From positions 85,839-149,838 of the forward strand of contig CAZUHV010000001.1 in the NCBI GenBank assembly GCA_964620965.1: 64,000 nucleotides of DNA, given 5' to 3'. Under the pieces are notes generated by a model that made no database searches, was not told where the DNA came from, and saw only the letters and a program-made list of their open reading frames with translations. Position numbers and translations under genes: made by a program. Shown here piece after piece: positions 29,281 to 39,348 of this stretch. The stretch comes from an uncultured Pseudomonadales bacterium. GTDB taxonomy: Bacteria; Patescibacteriota; Microgenomatia; UBA1400; PJMF01. The stretch's first letter is position 1, and each line of letters starts with the position of its first letter.

Positions 29281-30272
29281 GGGCCAACCACTCCACCTCT
29301 AAATGCTACTATAAGGTACATCACTATTATAAAAAAGATTATGTGTGCAACATTTTTGCCTACGAATCGGACTGAATCTCTATGTCCTGCAACAACTGCA
29401 TCATAAATAAGCACTGCAAGCAGAATTAAAATGATGCTTAAGAAAAATGCTTTAAGGACATGCTGAGGAGAAAAGAGAATCCCATTTGAAAGTTCTCCTT
29501 GAGGAACTACTGCCTCTGCAAGAACTTCTTCTGTTTGTGAATCTTCTAATTCTTGAGTTTGCATTTCATTTTCTAATTCTAGGGCTTGATCTTCTTGATT
29601 TTCTAGACTCTCTTCTGTCGCAATGTTGCTATTTATAGTAGTACTACTTGCCACTGCAGGCACTGAAACACTCGGTGCTTTTGCTACTGCTTGTGTTTCT
29701 GGAGTTCCAAACATTTGAACCACTAGTGTAGTCTCAACTCCATTTAATTGGCCATCTACAACAGCAATTCCAATTTCTTGATATCTAGGATTCATGATGT
29801 TAGCTCTGTGAGTTGGGGAGTTCATCCAGGCGCTCATCATTGGACTTGTAGAATCAAAGTCTCTTGCAAGATTTTCTCCTGCTATCTTATATACATACCC
29901 TGCAGATTTAATAAAATCCCAAGGTTCCTTTCCAGAAGGAGAAGTGTGTGCCCAATACCCTTCAGAAAACATGTTTTGTGCCTTTGCAATGGCGGCTTGA
30001 GCTAACAAAGTATTATAAGAAAGCGTTCCTAACCCCGATGCTAACCGCTGAGAATTTGTAGATTCAACAACTTGAGCAACAGTTATGTTAGAAGCATACC
30101 CGAGTATATTTCCTTTAGCTGGATGCACTGTAGACAATAAACCAACTAATTGATAGAAACCAATTGCAATTATTGATAAAAACAAAAGTGGTTTTGGGTG
30201 CAAAAATCTAGGTCTCTGGTTGTTAGACCTCTGTGGATGAAATAGATGCTTAAGAGTTTTTGATAATCCCAC
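29277..30272 (-). CDS. CAP/SCP domain membrane protein
   Basis: YWAHTSP, AGENLA, WMNSPTHRANI, EIGIAV. Confidence 0.9.
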   Translation of the reverse strand: MGLSKTLKHLFHPQRSNNQRPRFLHPKPLLFLSIIAIGFYQLVGLLSTVHPAKGNILGYASNITVAQVVESTNSQRLASGLGTLSYNTLLAQAAIAKAQNMFSEGYWAHTSPSGKEPWDFIKSAGYVYKIAGENLARDFDSTSPMMSAWMNSPTHRANIMNPRYQEIGIAVVDGQLNGVETTLVVQMFGTPETQAVAKAPSVSVPAVASSTTINSNIATEESLENQEDQALELENEMQTQELEDSQTEEVLAEAVVPQGELSNGILFSPQHVLKAFFLSIILILLAVLIYDAVVAGHRDSVRFVGKNVAHIIFFIIVMYLIVAFRGGVVGP

Positions 30273-30315
30273 ACACTCTTTCTATATAGTTCATTATGCT
30301 AAGAAAATTTCTGAG

Positions 30316-31440
30316 TTACAAGGGGGATTCTGTAACAATTTGGCAAAAATCAGAGAAGTAACAACGTTTTAAAATAATTTTTTTTGTTTCTGGAGGTACA
30401 TCTGTATATACAAGGTTATGATAAAAAAATCCTGGAGTTTCAAAATAGTATATTTGAGGAAGCATAAACTGATGATGTTTTTTTTCTGCTAAATTTTTAA
30501 GGAAGTTATCCGACCAAGCTTCTGCGATAAAATAGCTAGAACTAGCATATTGATTTTCGTACTCAAAAAAGACTGAAACTTCATTTTCAGTTTCCTTGTT
30601 AACTTGGACTTCTATAACTTTGTCTTTTGAATCTGTTTGATTTGCATTATTGAAATAAGAAATATTCATAACTTTTTCTGCTTCTTTATTCCCAAATAAA
30701 TCTTCTGACCAATACTTTATTTCATTACCTACTAAATTTTTTGGAATAAAAAACTGGTATATTTCTTCATTGTTTTTCAATTCCTTAACTAGATTCGTCA
30801 CTATGCTAACTTCTTTTGAATCTTCGTACACAAAATATGAAACACTGATCAAAGAAACTGGTTTGTTTGCTCGAAACTGTAAAACAGAGTTTTCTGTAAC
30901 AAACAATTGCGTTGTTGTCATATCCCTAATTTGAAAGTTTGGTTTATAACTAGAATCAAATACATTGTTATTTGTAAAATGTATATCGTATATTCCCTTT
31001 TCAAATGTAAATCTTGATAAATCTATTACTACCTGATGCCAAGCATCAGTAACCGACTGTATTGATAATTGAGAAACTGGAACGTCTCCAATAAAAACTG
31101 TTAGTTGTGGTACATCTGTGATTTCAAAAAATTCTGGTTTGTTTTGACTATCATCTTTAATATAAAAAGATAAAAATTGAGTTGCATCTGTAATTTCTAT
31201 TTGATACTTATCCTGATCTATATCTACATACGAGATTACACTTTCTTTGTTTGAATACTGTTTCCCAGATTGTAAGAGCAAAAATTCGGTTTCAGCACTT
31301 ACCCATTCACCAGTTGCAAAAGTAATAGTTTCACTCTGAACAACACTGTCAAAAAATGCAAAAGAACGGAAATGCACTATTAAATTGAAACCTACAAAAA
31401 AAATAACAAATAATAAGAAACAGACACTAATTTTTTTCAT
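30316..31440 (-). CDS. Secreted protein with SipW-type signal peptide
   Basis: Hydrophobic N-terminus then SFAFFDS...TFATGEW; coupled to sipW. Confidence 0.6.
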   Translation of the reverse strand: MKKISVCFLLFVIFFVGFNLIVHFRSFAFFDSVVQSETITFATGEWVSAETEFLLLQSGKQYSNKESVISYVDIDQDKYQIEITDATQFLSFYIKDDSQNKPEFFEITDVPQLTVFIGDVPVSQLSIQSVTDAWHQVVIDLSRFTFEKGIYDIHFTNNNVFDSSYKPNFQIRDMTTTQLFVTENSVLQFRANKPVSLISVSYFVYEDSKEVSIVTNLVKELKNNEEIYQFFIPKNLVGNEIKYWSEDLFGNKEAEKVMNISYFNNANQTDSKDKVIEVQVNKETENEVSVFFEYENQYASSSYFIAEAWSDNFLKNLAEKKHHQFMLPQIYYFETPGFFYHNLVYTDVPPETKKIILKRCYFSDFCQIVTESPL

Positions 31441-31904
31441 ATATTTTTTTCTTTAAAACTTTTGATCTTGTTACCTACCACAAAAGATAAATAGAAAATG
31501 CTCCCAGTTAAGATAAGTAAAAGAGAATATTTAGACTTCATAAATAAAACTAAAAAACCTATTTTTGGGATACTAAAAAAAATCTTTCCAATAACTTGTT
31601 CTTTTTTAATTAGTGACAAATCAGAAAAAGTATTTGCATCTCCTTTAACTTCGTATAAGGTTTCAGAACTTTTGTGAATAGAAACTATTCTGTGAGTAAC
31701 TGTTATTCCTTCAATTTCATAACTTACTATGTCATTAGGAGAATACTGCTCCTGGCTTTTAGCCAGGAGCACATCCCCAAATACAAACTCTGGTTTCATT
31801 GAATTAGAGGTAACTATGAGTAATTTCACTTTTAATATCTGCATTGAAATAATAATTGTGAGATACGGTATTAAGAGAAAAAACCACACTACCTGTATTT
31901 TCAT
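31437..31904 (-). CDS. sipW: Signal peptidase I, S26B/SipW type
   Basis: SNSMKP (catalytic Ser), VTHRIV (His), KGDAN. Confidence 0.85.
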   Translation of the reverse strand: MKIQVVWFFLLIPYLTIIISMQILKVKLLIVTSNSMKPEFVFGDVLLAKSQEQYSPNDIVSYEIEGITVTHRIVSIHKSSETLYEVKGDANTFSDLSLIKKEQVIGKIFFSIPKIGFLVLFMKSKYSLLLILTGSIFYLSFVVGNKIKSFKEKNI

Positions 31905-31909
31905 AAAAT

Positions 31910-32485
31910 TTAATATCCTGATGGCCAGCTAGCCCCTTGAAGTACTTGTTTTGCACCCACGTGTAAACTACTCGTGAAACCTTGATTTTGATATTCATTT
32001 GAAACTGAATCACTCAACTTTACAGAGATTCTCAAATGTTCCTGCTGTTGTGATAACACATCAATAAGTGTGTTTTCTGTTCCATCTTCACTGATATAAA
32101 ACTCACCTCCAACTTCAAAATTTGTTGGGGTGATATCTACCCAACCAAATTCTGTGAGTCGTTCCACCAAAGTTATCTCAACCATATTTGGATCAAGTTG
32201 AGCATCAGTCCAAAATCCATCAAGATATCCTTTAATATTTATCGGAAAGTCTCCAGAATTAAGTAAATCAAACTCCATAACGTGTACTTCACCAGGCTGC
32301 CAGTTTGAAACAGACAATACAGAATCTTGGTTCATTGTCAGCTCCAAATCACCAGAAACAAAAATGTTATCTGCTGAATTTGCTGATGCAGTAAAGTATG
32401 CCTTTGTAACAGCAAACGTAAATAATGATAAAAGAACAATAAACAGCAACGGGATATTGATCTTAGAAATTGGTATTGTTTTCAC
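31910..32485 (-). CDS. TasA/camelysin (M73)-family SipW-dependent protein
   Basis: TKAYFT...NIFVSGDLEL, NWQPGE, NSGD, NEYQNQ; GTG start with AAAGGAG. Confidence 0.75.
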   Translation of the reverse strand: MKTIPISKINIPLLFIVLLSLFTFAVTKAYFTASANSADNIFVSGDLELTMNQDSVLSVSNWQPGEVHVMEFDLLNSGDFPINIKGYLDGFWTDAQLDPNMVEITLVERLTEFGWVDITPTNFEVGGEFYISEDGTENTLIDVLSQQQEHLRISVKLSDSVSNEYQNQGFTSSLHVGAKQVLQGASWPSGY

Positions 32486-32584
32486 GATACTCCTTTCAAT
32501 ACTTAATATTTTCTTGATAATAAGACCAAATTCTTACATTGAGCTGTCATTATCAAAAAAATGTGTGTACAATAAAAAATATTG

Positions 32585-32977
32585 ATGTCATACAACAAAT
32601 TGACAAAACAAGAAAAAGAAGTAATTGAAAATCGTGGAACAGAACGCCCATTTACTGGTGAGTATGATGATTTCTATGAACCAGGTACTTTTATTTGTAG
32701 GAAATGTAATACTCCACTTTTTTCATCTCAGGCAAAATTTGATGCCGGCTGTGGATGGCCAGCCTTTGAAGATACCTTTGCAAACGCTGTAAAAAGAATT
32801 CGTGGTCCTTTTACACCTTGGGCAGAAATTCGCTGTGCCCATTGTGATGCACATCTTGGGCATGTGTTTGAAGGCGAACAATTTACTATCAAAAACACTA
32901 GACATTGTGTAAACTCAGTTTCAATACGATTTATTAAAGAAGGTGAAAATCTTCCACCAATTTTAGAAGAAGATTAA
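32585..32977 (+). CDS. msrB: Peptide-methionine (R)-S-oxide reductase
   Basis: GTERPFTG, CRKC, GCGWPAF, HLGHVF, RHCVNS. Confidence 0.95.
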   Translation: MSYNKLTKQEKEVIENRGTERPFTGEYDDFYEPGTFICRKCNTPLFSSQAKFDAGCGWPAFEDTFANAVKRIRGPFTPWAEIRCAHCDAHLGHVFEGEQFTIKNTRHCVNSVSIRFIKEGENLPPILEED

Positions 32978-32978
32978 T

Positions 32979-33512
32979 ATGAATCTTGAAACCGCAACTA
33001 TAGCAAATGGATGCTTTTGGTGCACAGAGGCAATCTTTCAACAATTAAAAGGTGTTGTTTCCGTTACACCAGGCTATTCTGGTGGAAGAAGGAAAAATCC
33101 AAGTTATGAGCAAGTTTCTACAGGAGTAAGTGGACATGCAGAAGCAATCCAAATTGAGTTCGATCCTACTGTCATTTCCTTTAAAACTCTTTTAGACGTG
33201 TTTTGGCACACACATAATCCAACTACACTAAATAGGCAAGGATATGACGTTGGAACTGAATATAGGTCAGCAATCTTCTATAATTCGGAAGAGCAAAAAA
33301 AGACTGCAGAGCAATCATTACAAGATTTTGAAAAAGAAGGCTTATACGACAAACCAGTTGTCACAGAAATTACCAAATTTGATGCATTCTACCCTGCAGA
33401 AAACTATCACAAAAATTTTTATAAAAATAATCCCAATGCTCCATACTGCACGTTTGTAATAGAACCAAAATTGAAAAAATTTTGGGAAAAATACAAGGAC
33501 TTAACAAAATAA
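32979..33512 (+). CDS. msrA: Peptide-methionine (S)-S-oxide reductase
   Basis: GCFWC, GHAE, YRSAIF, AENYH. Confidence 0.95.
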   Translation: MNLETATIANGCFWCTEAIFQQLKGVVSVTPGYSGGRRKNPSYEQVSTGVSGHAEAIQIEFDPTVISFKTLLDVFWHTHNPTTLNRQGYDVGTEYRSAIFYNSEEQKKTAEQSLQDFEKEGLYDKPVVTEITKFDAFYPAENYHKNFYKNNPNAPYCTFVIEPKLKKFWEKYKDLTK

Positions 33513-33516
33513 CTAA

Positions 33517-34059
33517 CTAGTTAATCATCCACAATGTGTAGTTTAAAACTCCAGCAAAGGTAACCCAAGCAAGATATGGGAGCAGTAATAGACCTGCCCA
33601 TTTGCTAAATCTTATAAACACATAAATTAAAGTTGCAATCATTATCCATAATAAAGAAATTACTACAAATGCTGCACCAAGCTCTTTCATGCCAAAAAAT
33701 ACCAATGACCAAATAGAATTAACAACTAAATGAATTAAAAAGAAAATGACTGCAGAGTACATCTGTTCTCTTTTCTTTGCTTGCAATTTATATTTAAACC
33801 ACGCAATGATTCCTGTTGGTTTCTGAAGCTGAACCCAAATTAAATAGAGAGAGATACCCATTAGGGTGTATAAAATGAACCAGACTGGTGCAAAAACCCA
33901 GTTTGGGGGGTTAAAGTTTGGCTTTGCAAGTGTGACATACCATGTTGTAATTGACTGCTGGGTTGCAAATGAACCTACAAAACCAGCTAAGTGTGAAAGT
34001 AAAATGGATACACCTAATAACAGAGGAGATTTAATTTCAATTTTGTTTTTTTTCTTCAT
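33517..34059 (-). CDS. tspO: TspO/MBR family protein
   Basis: WY..LAKP.FNPPNWVFAPVW, LLPYLAWVTFA..LN. Confidence 0.92.
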   Translation of the reverse strand: MKKKNKIEIKSPLLLGVSILLSHLAGFVGSFATQQSITTWYVTLAKPNFNPPNWVFAPVWFILYTLMGISLYLIWVQLQKPTGIIAWFKYKLQAKKREQMYSAVIFFLIHLVVNSIWSLVFFGMKELGAAFVVISLLWIMIATLIYVFIRFSKWAGLLLLPYLAWVTFAGVLNYTLWMIN

Positions 34060-34151
34060 ATAAAAAAAGTATAACAAATATTAGTCTGCAATAGTACTGA
34101 AGAACTGATATAATAGTGGTCTTAATTGCACTTTTATAAAAAATCGTTAAT

Positions 34152-34223
34152 GGCCCCATCGTCTAGCGGTTAGGACACCAGGTTCTCATCCTGGTAACCA
34201 GAGTTCGATTCTCTGTGGGGTCA
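34152..34223 (+). tRNA. tRNA-Glu(CTC), CCA not encoded; probable ICE integration site
   Basis: Acceptor GGCCCCA/TGGGGTC, anticodon arm CCAGG-TTCTCAT-CCTGG, T-arm CAGAG-TTCGATT-CTCTG. Confidence 0.95.
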
Positions 34224-35743
34224 CCTAAAGCAACACCCTGTGTATTAAAGTTAAATAATGATTGATACATAGGGTTTATTTCAGGGTTCAATGTTCCATT
34301 AAAGTCATATGTGACACCTTTGGGAAAGATTGAACCAAATAAAGCTTTTATCTGAGGTACGGTCGATTTTTTGTACGTAGCTCCTAAATCACTCAAAGTT
34401 TCTTTTATAAAAGCTGTTAGCTTGTTGATATCATATTTTTCAAGCGTTGAGTCTGCTTTGGCAACATGAGCTTTCTGTAGTTTATTCTCTATTAATGCGT
34501 TTTGTTCCATGAATATTTCATCGGTATACACACCCATCATGTTTTTTTGCACCAACACTTTTCTCATATCTTTGAGTCTTTGAATTTCATCATCTGCTAC
34601 GTTTTTGGCTTTCTTTACATTGGCAAGCCTCCTTTCATATTCTTCAACTACATACTGTGTAAATAACTCAATACATTCTTTACTTGGTGAAATGGATCTC
34701 AACAATCGAACCACTTCTTCATCTAACTGTTCAGCTCTAATAGAAGCGGCCTGACATTTAGTAGAACATCGGTAGTATGGATACTTTTTACTTCTACCTT
34801 TACTCCAACCAGCAGTTATTCCTTTGCCACACTCAGAACACTTAACAATCCTTCTTAACGGAAATGTTTTATTATTTCTAACTCGTTTTGTATTTACTAC
34901 AGGTTTAAAAACTCTTCTACCATCTAAAGCATCCTGAACTTTATAGAACTGTTCTAATGAAATCATTGGCCTGTGTTGACCTTGGACTTCTTCTTTATAA
35001 GTATCTGACGTCAAAATTCCTGCATAAAATTTATTACGAAGCATTCGTTGAACGGTAGGCACCTTTAATTTTATTCTTTTGCCTTTATGAACAGTGTATA
35101 AGCCCAGCTCGTTCATGATTTTCGTTATTTCAATGAGGCTTTTGTTTCCAAGCGCCATCAAATCCCACGCCTGCACCATCTTGTCCCATGATTCTGGGTC
35201 TTCGATTGGAAATTTGTTAACATCCATCATGTACCCAAGTGGAGGTTTTCTTGTGATTAATCCAGACTTGAACCTTGCATACATGCCATTTCTTGTTCTC
35301 TCGCTGCGTACATCATTATCATGCTGAGCAAAACTGGCCATGATAGTTTCTAGCAGTGTATCTGTTGGAGACGTTCCTGTGGGTTCTGAGGCTGAAATTA
35401 GCTGTATATTATTGCTGATCAAGGTCTTTCTGATTGAAAGATAATCTGAAGTTTGTCGAGAAAGTCGATCTAGTCTGTAGATAATAACAGCACCAAGCGT
35501 TCTTTTATTTTTCTTGCAATAATGCAGTAACTCGACTAATTCTGGACGACCAGCTATAGTTTTGGCAGACTTACCTTCCTCACGAAATATTTTGATAACT
35601 TTCAAGCCTTTTCTAATAGCTTCTTTTCGACACAGTTCTTCTTGAGTATCTAATGAAAAATTATCAACTTGCTCTTCGGTTGAAACTCTGAGGTAAATAA
35701 TTGCATCAGTTTTAGTAGTATTTTGAGCTTTATTTCTAGTCAT
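34163..35743 (-). CDS. Large serine recombinase (integrase)
   Basis: YLRVST catalytic Ser, RLDRLSR, recombinase domain, zinc ribbon CSEC...YYRC...C, coiled coil. Confidence 0.93.
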   Translation of the reverse strand: MTRNKAQNTTKTDAIIYLRVSTEEQVDNFSLDTQEELCRKEAIRKGLKVIKIFREEGKSAKTIAGRPELVELLHYCKKNKRTLGAVIIYRLDRLSRQTSDYLSIRKTLISNNIQLISASEPTGTSPTDTLLETIMASFAQHDNDVRSERTRNGMYARFKSGLITRKPPLGYMMDVNKFPIEDPESWDKMVQAWDLMALGNKSLIEITKIMNELGLYTVHKGKRIKLKVPTVQRMLRNKFYAGILTSDTYKEEVQGQHRPMISLEQFYKVQDALDGRRVFKPVVNTKRVRNNKTFPLRRIVKCSECGKGITAGWSKGRSKKYPYYRCSTKCQAASIRAEQLDEEVVRLLRSISPSKECIELFTQYVVEEYERRLANVKKAKNVADDEIQRLKDMRKVLVQKNMMGVYTDEIFMEQNALIENKLQKAHVAKADSTLEKYDINKLTAFIKETLSDLGATYKKSTVPQIKALFGSIFPKGVTYDFNGTLNPEINPMYQSLFNFNTQGVALGDPTENRTLVTRMRTWCPNR

Positions 35744-35939
35744 AATTCAGCTGGTTTAGTAATTCATCTAACGTTTTTCCTTCAAACATTTCTTTTTCAA
35801 AGTCGTCTAACCAACTAGTTGCCAAAAATTTAATTTCAACAACTGAATCTTGCAAAATTTCTTGAGGAATTGGTGAGTTTTCACCAGTGTAGGTATTGGG
35901 GTTATTGTCTAATTCGTGGCTATTTTTCATCTCGATCAA
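35736..35939 (-). CDS. Small acidic protein translationally coupled to the recombinase
   Basis: 8-bp overlap with recombinase start; WLDDFEKEMFEGKTLDELL. Confidence 0.6.
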   Translation of the reverse strand: MIEMKNSHELDNNPNTYTGENSPIPQEILQDSVVEIKFLATSWLDDFEKEMFEGKTLDELLNQLNYD

Positions 35940-36071
35940 CCCTTATTTAACTATCCATATACGGTTAGTATATATACTATTACGGATAGTTGTCAACACT
36001 AATTTATTGCCAAAAACCAGAGGTTGGGGTATACTCCAACACAACATTGTCTGCCCAAAGAAAAGAAGGGC

Positions 36072-38660
36072 ATGGCTACTGATTTAAACCAAATACTCTC
36101 ATACTTTCCTGCCACAGTAATTCCATCAATCAACTGGTCTGTTCTTTATTTTTCCCTCAGCATTTTTTTCATTTTTCTTGTTTCACTCTTCTTAGCTTTT
36201 CAGCTCATTCGGCTTGCCTTGTTATATAGACTTCACACTGCAAAACATGTCTATTTAGAAATTAAGCCACTCAAAAAGACAGAGCTTAATCCATATTCTA
36301 CCGAGCAACTCTTTAATCTCTTTCATAGCATTACCAATCAAAGGTCTTTTATTGAGAGAATATTTAGAGTTACAAAAAGTATTAGCCTGGAGATTGTCTC
36401 CACCAAGGCCGATGGTATTCGCTATGTGATTCGAGCACCTCAGTCTTTATCAGGACTTATCAAAAATAGCTTGCTGTCATATCTGCCAGGAATTCAGATC
36501 AACAAAACCGCTGAGTATCTACAGAAAAGTGAAAATAGTTTTACCACACAACTAAAACTTGCCAAACACTTTGCTTTCCCTCTAAAGGCTCATGAAAGTT
36601 TAGATAAAAATGACCCTATCGCGTACTTAACTGGGGCTATGACTAAACTCAAGGAAAACGAGTTACTTGCCTATCAAATTGTTATCAGCCCTGTTTCAAA
36701 ATCAAAACTTCCTGAAGTTAAACGACTCCAAAAACTCATCAAGAGTAAACAAGACTTAACTGCCGAAATTGCCCATGCACATTCAGGTGCTTGGTTGTAT
36801 CTGACAATTTCTTACGCACTACAAATCTTACTTTTACCACTTGGTTTATTAGTGTTCCTAGCTACCGATGGTAGAGATGGGCCATTATTACCACTGCCTA
36901 AAATTCTAAAAGGCAAGAAATCAAGTAATGCCTACCAGAGTGAAATTGAAAAGCTAGTTAAAAAGAAAATTGATCAGCCTTTATACAAGGCTTCAATCAG
37001 AGTGCTTTCTCAATCAACAAATGAATATTGGGCTAAGAAAAAATCAAAAGGTTTTGTTTCAACGCTCAAGTCAATGAGTGGTACTCAATATCAACATCTT
37101 ACTAAAAGTCTTAAACTTCCAATCAAGCAACTTAACACTTTCAAGAACTTATTGTTTAGAAATCGGCTATTACTCCCTTTTAACAACACAATACTGTCTG
37201 CATCCGAACTTGGAGATTTATATCACTTCCCATTCACCAAGACGACAAAAACTGAAGATATGCAAAAGCAGTTTAGCAAGGATTTACCTGCACCGCTGTC
37301 ACTCAAAAAAGGTAATAAGCTTGATGTAGTATTTGCCCAAAATACGTATGGTAATTCCAGAACATTGATCGGCTTAACCGAGGATGAACGCAGAAGACAC
37401 ATGTACATCTTGGGAGCTACAGGTACGGGCAAATCAACCATGCTACTGAGCATGATCAACTCCGATATTCAAAACGGCAAAGGATTGGCAGTTGTTGATC
37501 CTCATGGAGATTTGATTGAACAAATTTTACATCTAATACCAAAAGAGCGGATCAAAGATGTTGTGTACTTTAACCCTGATGATATTGAGTATCCGATGGG
37601 AATCAACTTACTTGAGTTATCACAAGGCTTAGGTGAAGAAGCTGCATTAAGAGAAAAAGAATACATCTCTGAAAGCATTATTTCTTTGTTCCATAAAATC
37701 TATACCGAAAAATACTCGGGCCCAAGGATGGAGTATATCCTCAGAAACACCATTCATACTGCCTTTACTGTTCCTGGAGCAACATTATTTACTGTCTATA
37801 AATTACTAATCAATACTAAGTTTAGAAAATCAGTGGTTAAACAACTAACCGATGAAAACCTCAAAGACTTTTGGAAGTATGAGTTTGCCAAAGCTGGAGA
37901 CTACCAGAAAGTAAAAATGATCTCACCAATTACTAACAAAATTGGTCGTTTCCTGTTTTCTCCAACAGCTAAAAGAATCTTGGAGCAAGAAAAATCTACC
38001 ATAAACTTTGAAGAAATAATGAATGAAGGCAAGATCTTGCTTTGTAACTTATCCAAAGGAAAGCTTGGAGAAGATAACTCAAAAGTGTTTGGCGTGGTGG
38101 TTATGGCAAAACTACAGCTTGCTTCTCTAAGGCGTGCTCGAATGGCTGAGAAAGATAGAAAAGACTTCTACTTATATGTTGATGAATTCCAAAACTTTGC
38201 CACTCCCGCTTTTGCACAAATATTGTCTGAGGCTAGAAAGTATAGACTAGGGGCAATACTAGCCCATCAAACAACTTCACAGTTGGAAGACAAGTCATTA
38301 GTTAATGTGACACTGGCTAACACTGGAACAGTAATTTGCTTTAGAACTGCTAACCCAGAAGATGAGACACTCATCTTGCCTCAATTCAGGCCATATGTTG
38401 AACAAGGTGATATTGCTGGATTACCGTCATACAGATTCTTTATGAGACTAGGTGCTTTAAACCCTGAAGAGCCTTTTTCTGGGATTACTATGCCTGTTGA
38501 AATTAGGGAAAACAAAGGAAGAGTGAATGAGGTGATTGAGAATTCTAGAAAGCACTTTGCCATGAAATACGAGCCGTCAGCAACAACACAAGTTTTTCGT
38601 AGATATAAAAAGGTAAGTAAACCCAAATCTAAAACACAGGCATTTTCGACCTTGCCTTAG
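36072..38660 (+). CDS. Type IV coupling protein, VirD4/TraG-like ATPase
   Basis: Walker A GATGTGKS, DPHGD, Walker B YVDEFQNF, SEARKY, AHQ; N-terminal TMs; ATG at 36072. Confidence 0.88.
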   Translation: MATDLNQILSYFPATVIPSINWSVLYFSLSIFFIFLVSLFLAFQLIRLALLYRLHTAKHVYLEIKPLKKTELNPYSTEQLFNLFHSITNQRSFIERIFRVTKSISLEIVSTKADGIRYVIRAPQSLSGLIKNSLLSYLPGIQINKTAEYLQKSENSFTTQLKLAKHFAFPLKAHESLDKNDPIAYLTGAMTKLKENELLAYQIVISPVSKSKLPEVKRLQKLIKSKQDLTAEIAHAHSGAWLYLTISYALQILLLPLGLLVFLATDGRDGPLLPLPKILKGKKSSNAYQSEIEKLVKKKIDQPLYKASIRVLSQSTNEYWAKKKSKGFVSTLKSMSGTQYQHLTKSLKLPIKQLNTFKNLLFRNRLLLPFNNTILSASELGDLYHFPFTKTTKTEDMQKQFSKDLPAPLSLKKGNKLDVVFAQNTYGNSRTLIGLTEDERRRHMYILGATGTGKSTMLLSMINSDIQNGKGLAVVDPHGDLIEQILHLIPKERIKDVVYFNPDDIEYPMGINLLELSQGLGEEAALREKEYISESIISLFHKIYTEKYSGPRMEYILRNTIHTAFTVPGATLFTVYKLLINTKFRKSVVKQLTDENLKDFWKYEFAKAGDYQKVKMISPITNKIGRFLFSPTAKRILEQEKSTINFEEIMNEGKILLCNLSKGKLGEDNSKVFGVVVMAKLQLASLRRARMAEKDRKDFYLYVDEFQNFATPAFAQILSEARKYRLGAILAHQTTSQLEDKSLVNVTLANTGTVICFRTANPEDETLILPQFRPYVEQGDIAGLPSYRFFMRLGALNPEEPFSGITMPVEIRENKGRVNEVIENSRKHFAMKYEPSATTQVFRRYKKVSKPKSKTQAFSTLP

Positions 38661-39322
38661 TTGCTTTTAACAATTTTTCCATCTTTGATTATTGGAAAGA
38701 AATTGAATGTATCAACCTCTAGTGCCAAGTGAAAGTCATCCTCGGGAAAATTATCATTTTGAGGATTAAGAAAGCTATTCAATATCCATTCATGTTGTTC
38801 AAGCTTTGCTTTCACTTCCTCGAGAGAAGGATGTGTCTCACCTTTTAATTTACTTACCATGTACTCAGCAAAAAGTTGATCTTCTAAAGCATACATTGGG
38901 ACGAATGTAATATCTTCAGATTGACTGGCTTTTAAGAAATCCAAAATTGCTTGAGCAGAAACGAATGACCCAAATATTATTTGATTTGCATTTGTAGAAT
39001 TAACTAAGCCTTGTGTGCCAGTTGAACTTCTATGAATAACCTTTTTTCCATCCAAATTATTAAGGGTTTTTATAACTGATGGAGAATTACCGATATCAAA
39101 ACCATCAATCTTAATTCCCTTATTTTCACCAACAAGCAACACTTCTTCATCCTTCATCTTAAAGTCAAAAGCCTCTTCTGGGGTTGCAACAGGATGAATT
39201 GAAGTCACACCTTTATCAAGTAAATATGATGCAACAGTTGCTGCCCTCAGAACGTCAATTATTATCGCAATACCATTAGCACTTTGCGCCCCTTTAATTC
39301 CTTTGACAATTTTAATATTCAT
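38657..39322 (-). CDS. 2-phosphosulfolactate phosphatase (ComB)-family protein
   Basis: IIDVLRAAT, GE...GFDIGNSP, SSTGT, ED. Confidence 0.85.
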   Translation of the reverse strand: MNIKIVKGIKGAQSANGIAIIIDVLRAATVASYLLDKGVTSIHPVATPEEAFDFKMKDEEVLLVGENKGIKIDGFDIGNSPSVIKTLNNLDGKKVIHRSSTGTQGLVNSTNANQIIFGSFVSAQAILDFLKASQSEDITFVPMYALEDQLFAEYMVSKLKGETHPSLEEVKAKLEQHEWILNSFLNPQNDNFPEDDFHLALEVDTFNFFPIIKDGKIVKSN

Positions 39323-39348
39323 ATTTTTCCCTTAAGCATATAAGTTCA

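Noticed and set aside
32585-34059. msrB-msrA-tspO as a novel stress island
   Set aside because: Common oxidative-stress genes; both Msr enzymes use Cys with no in-frame TGA suggesting selenocysteine
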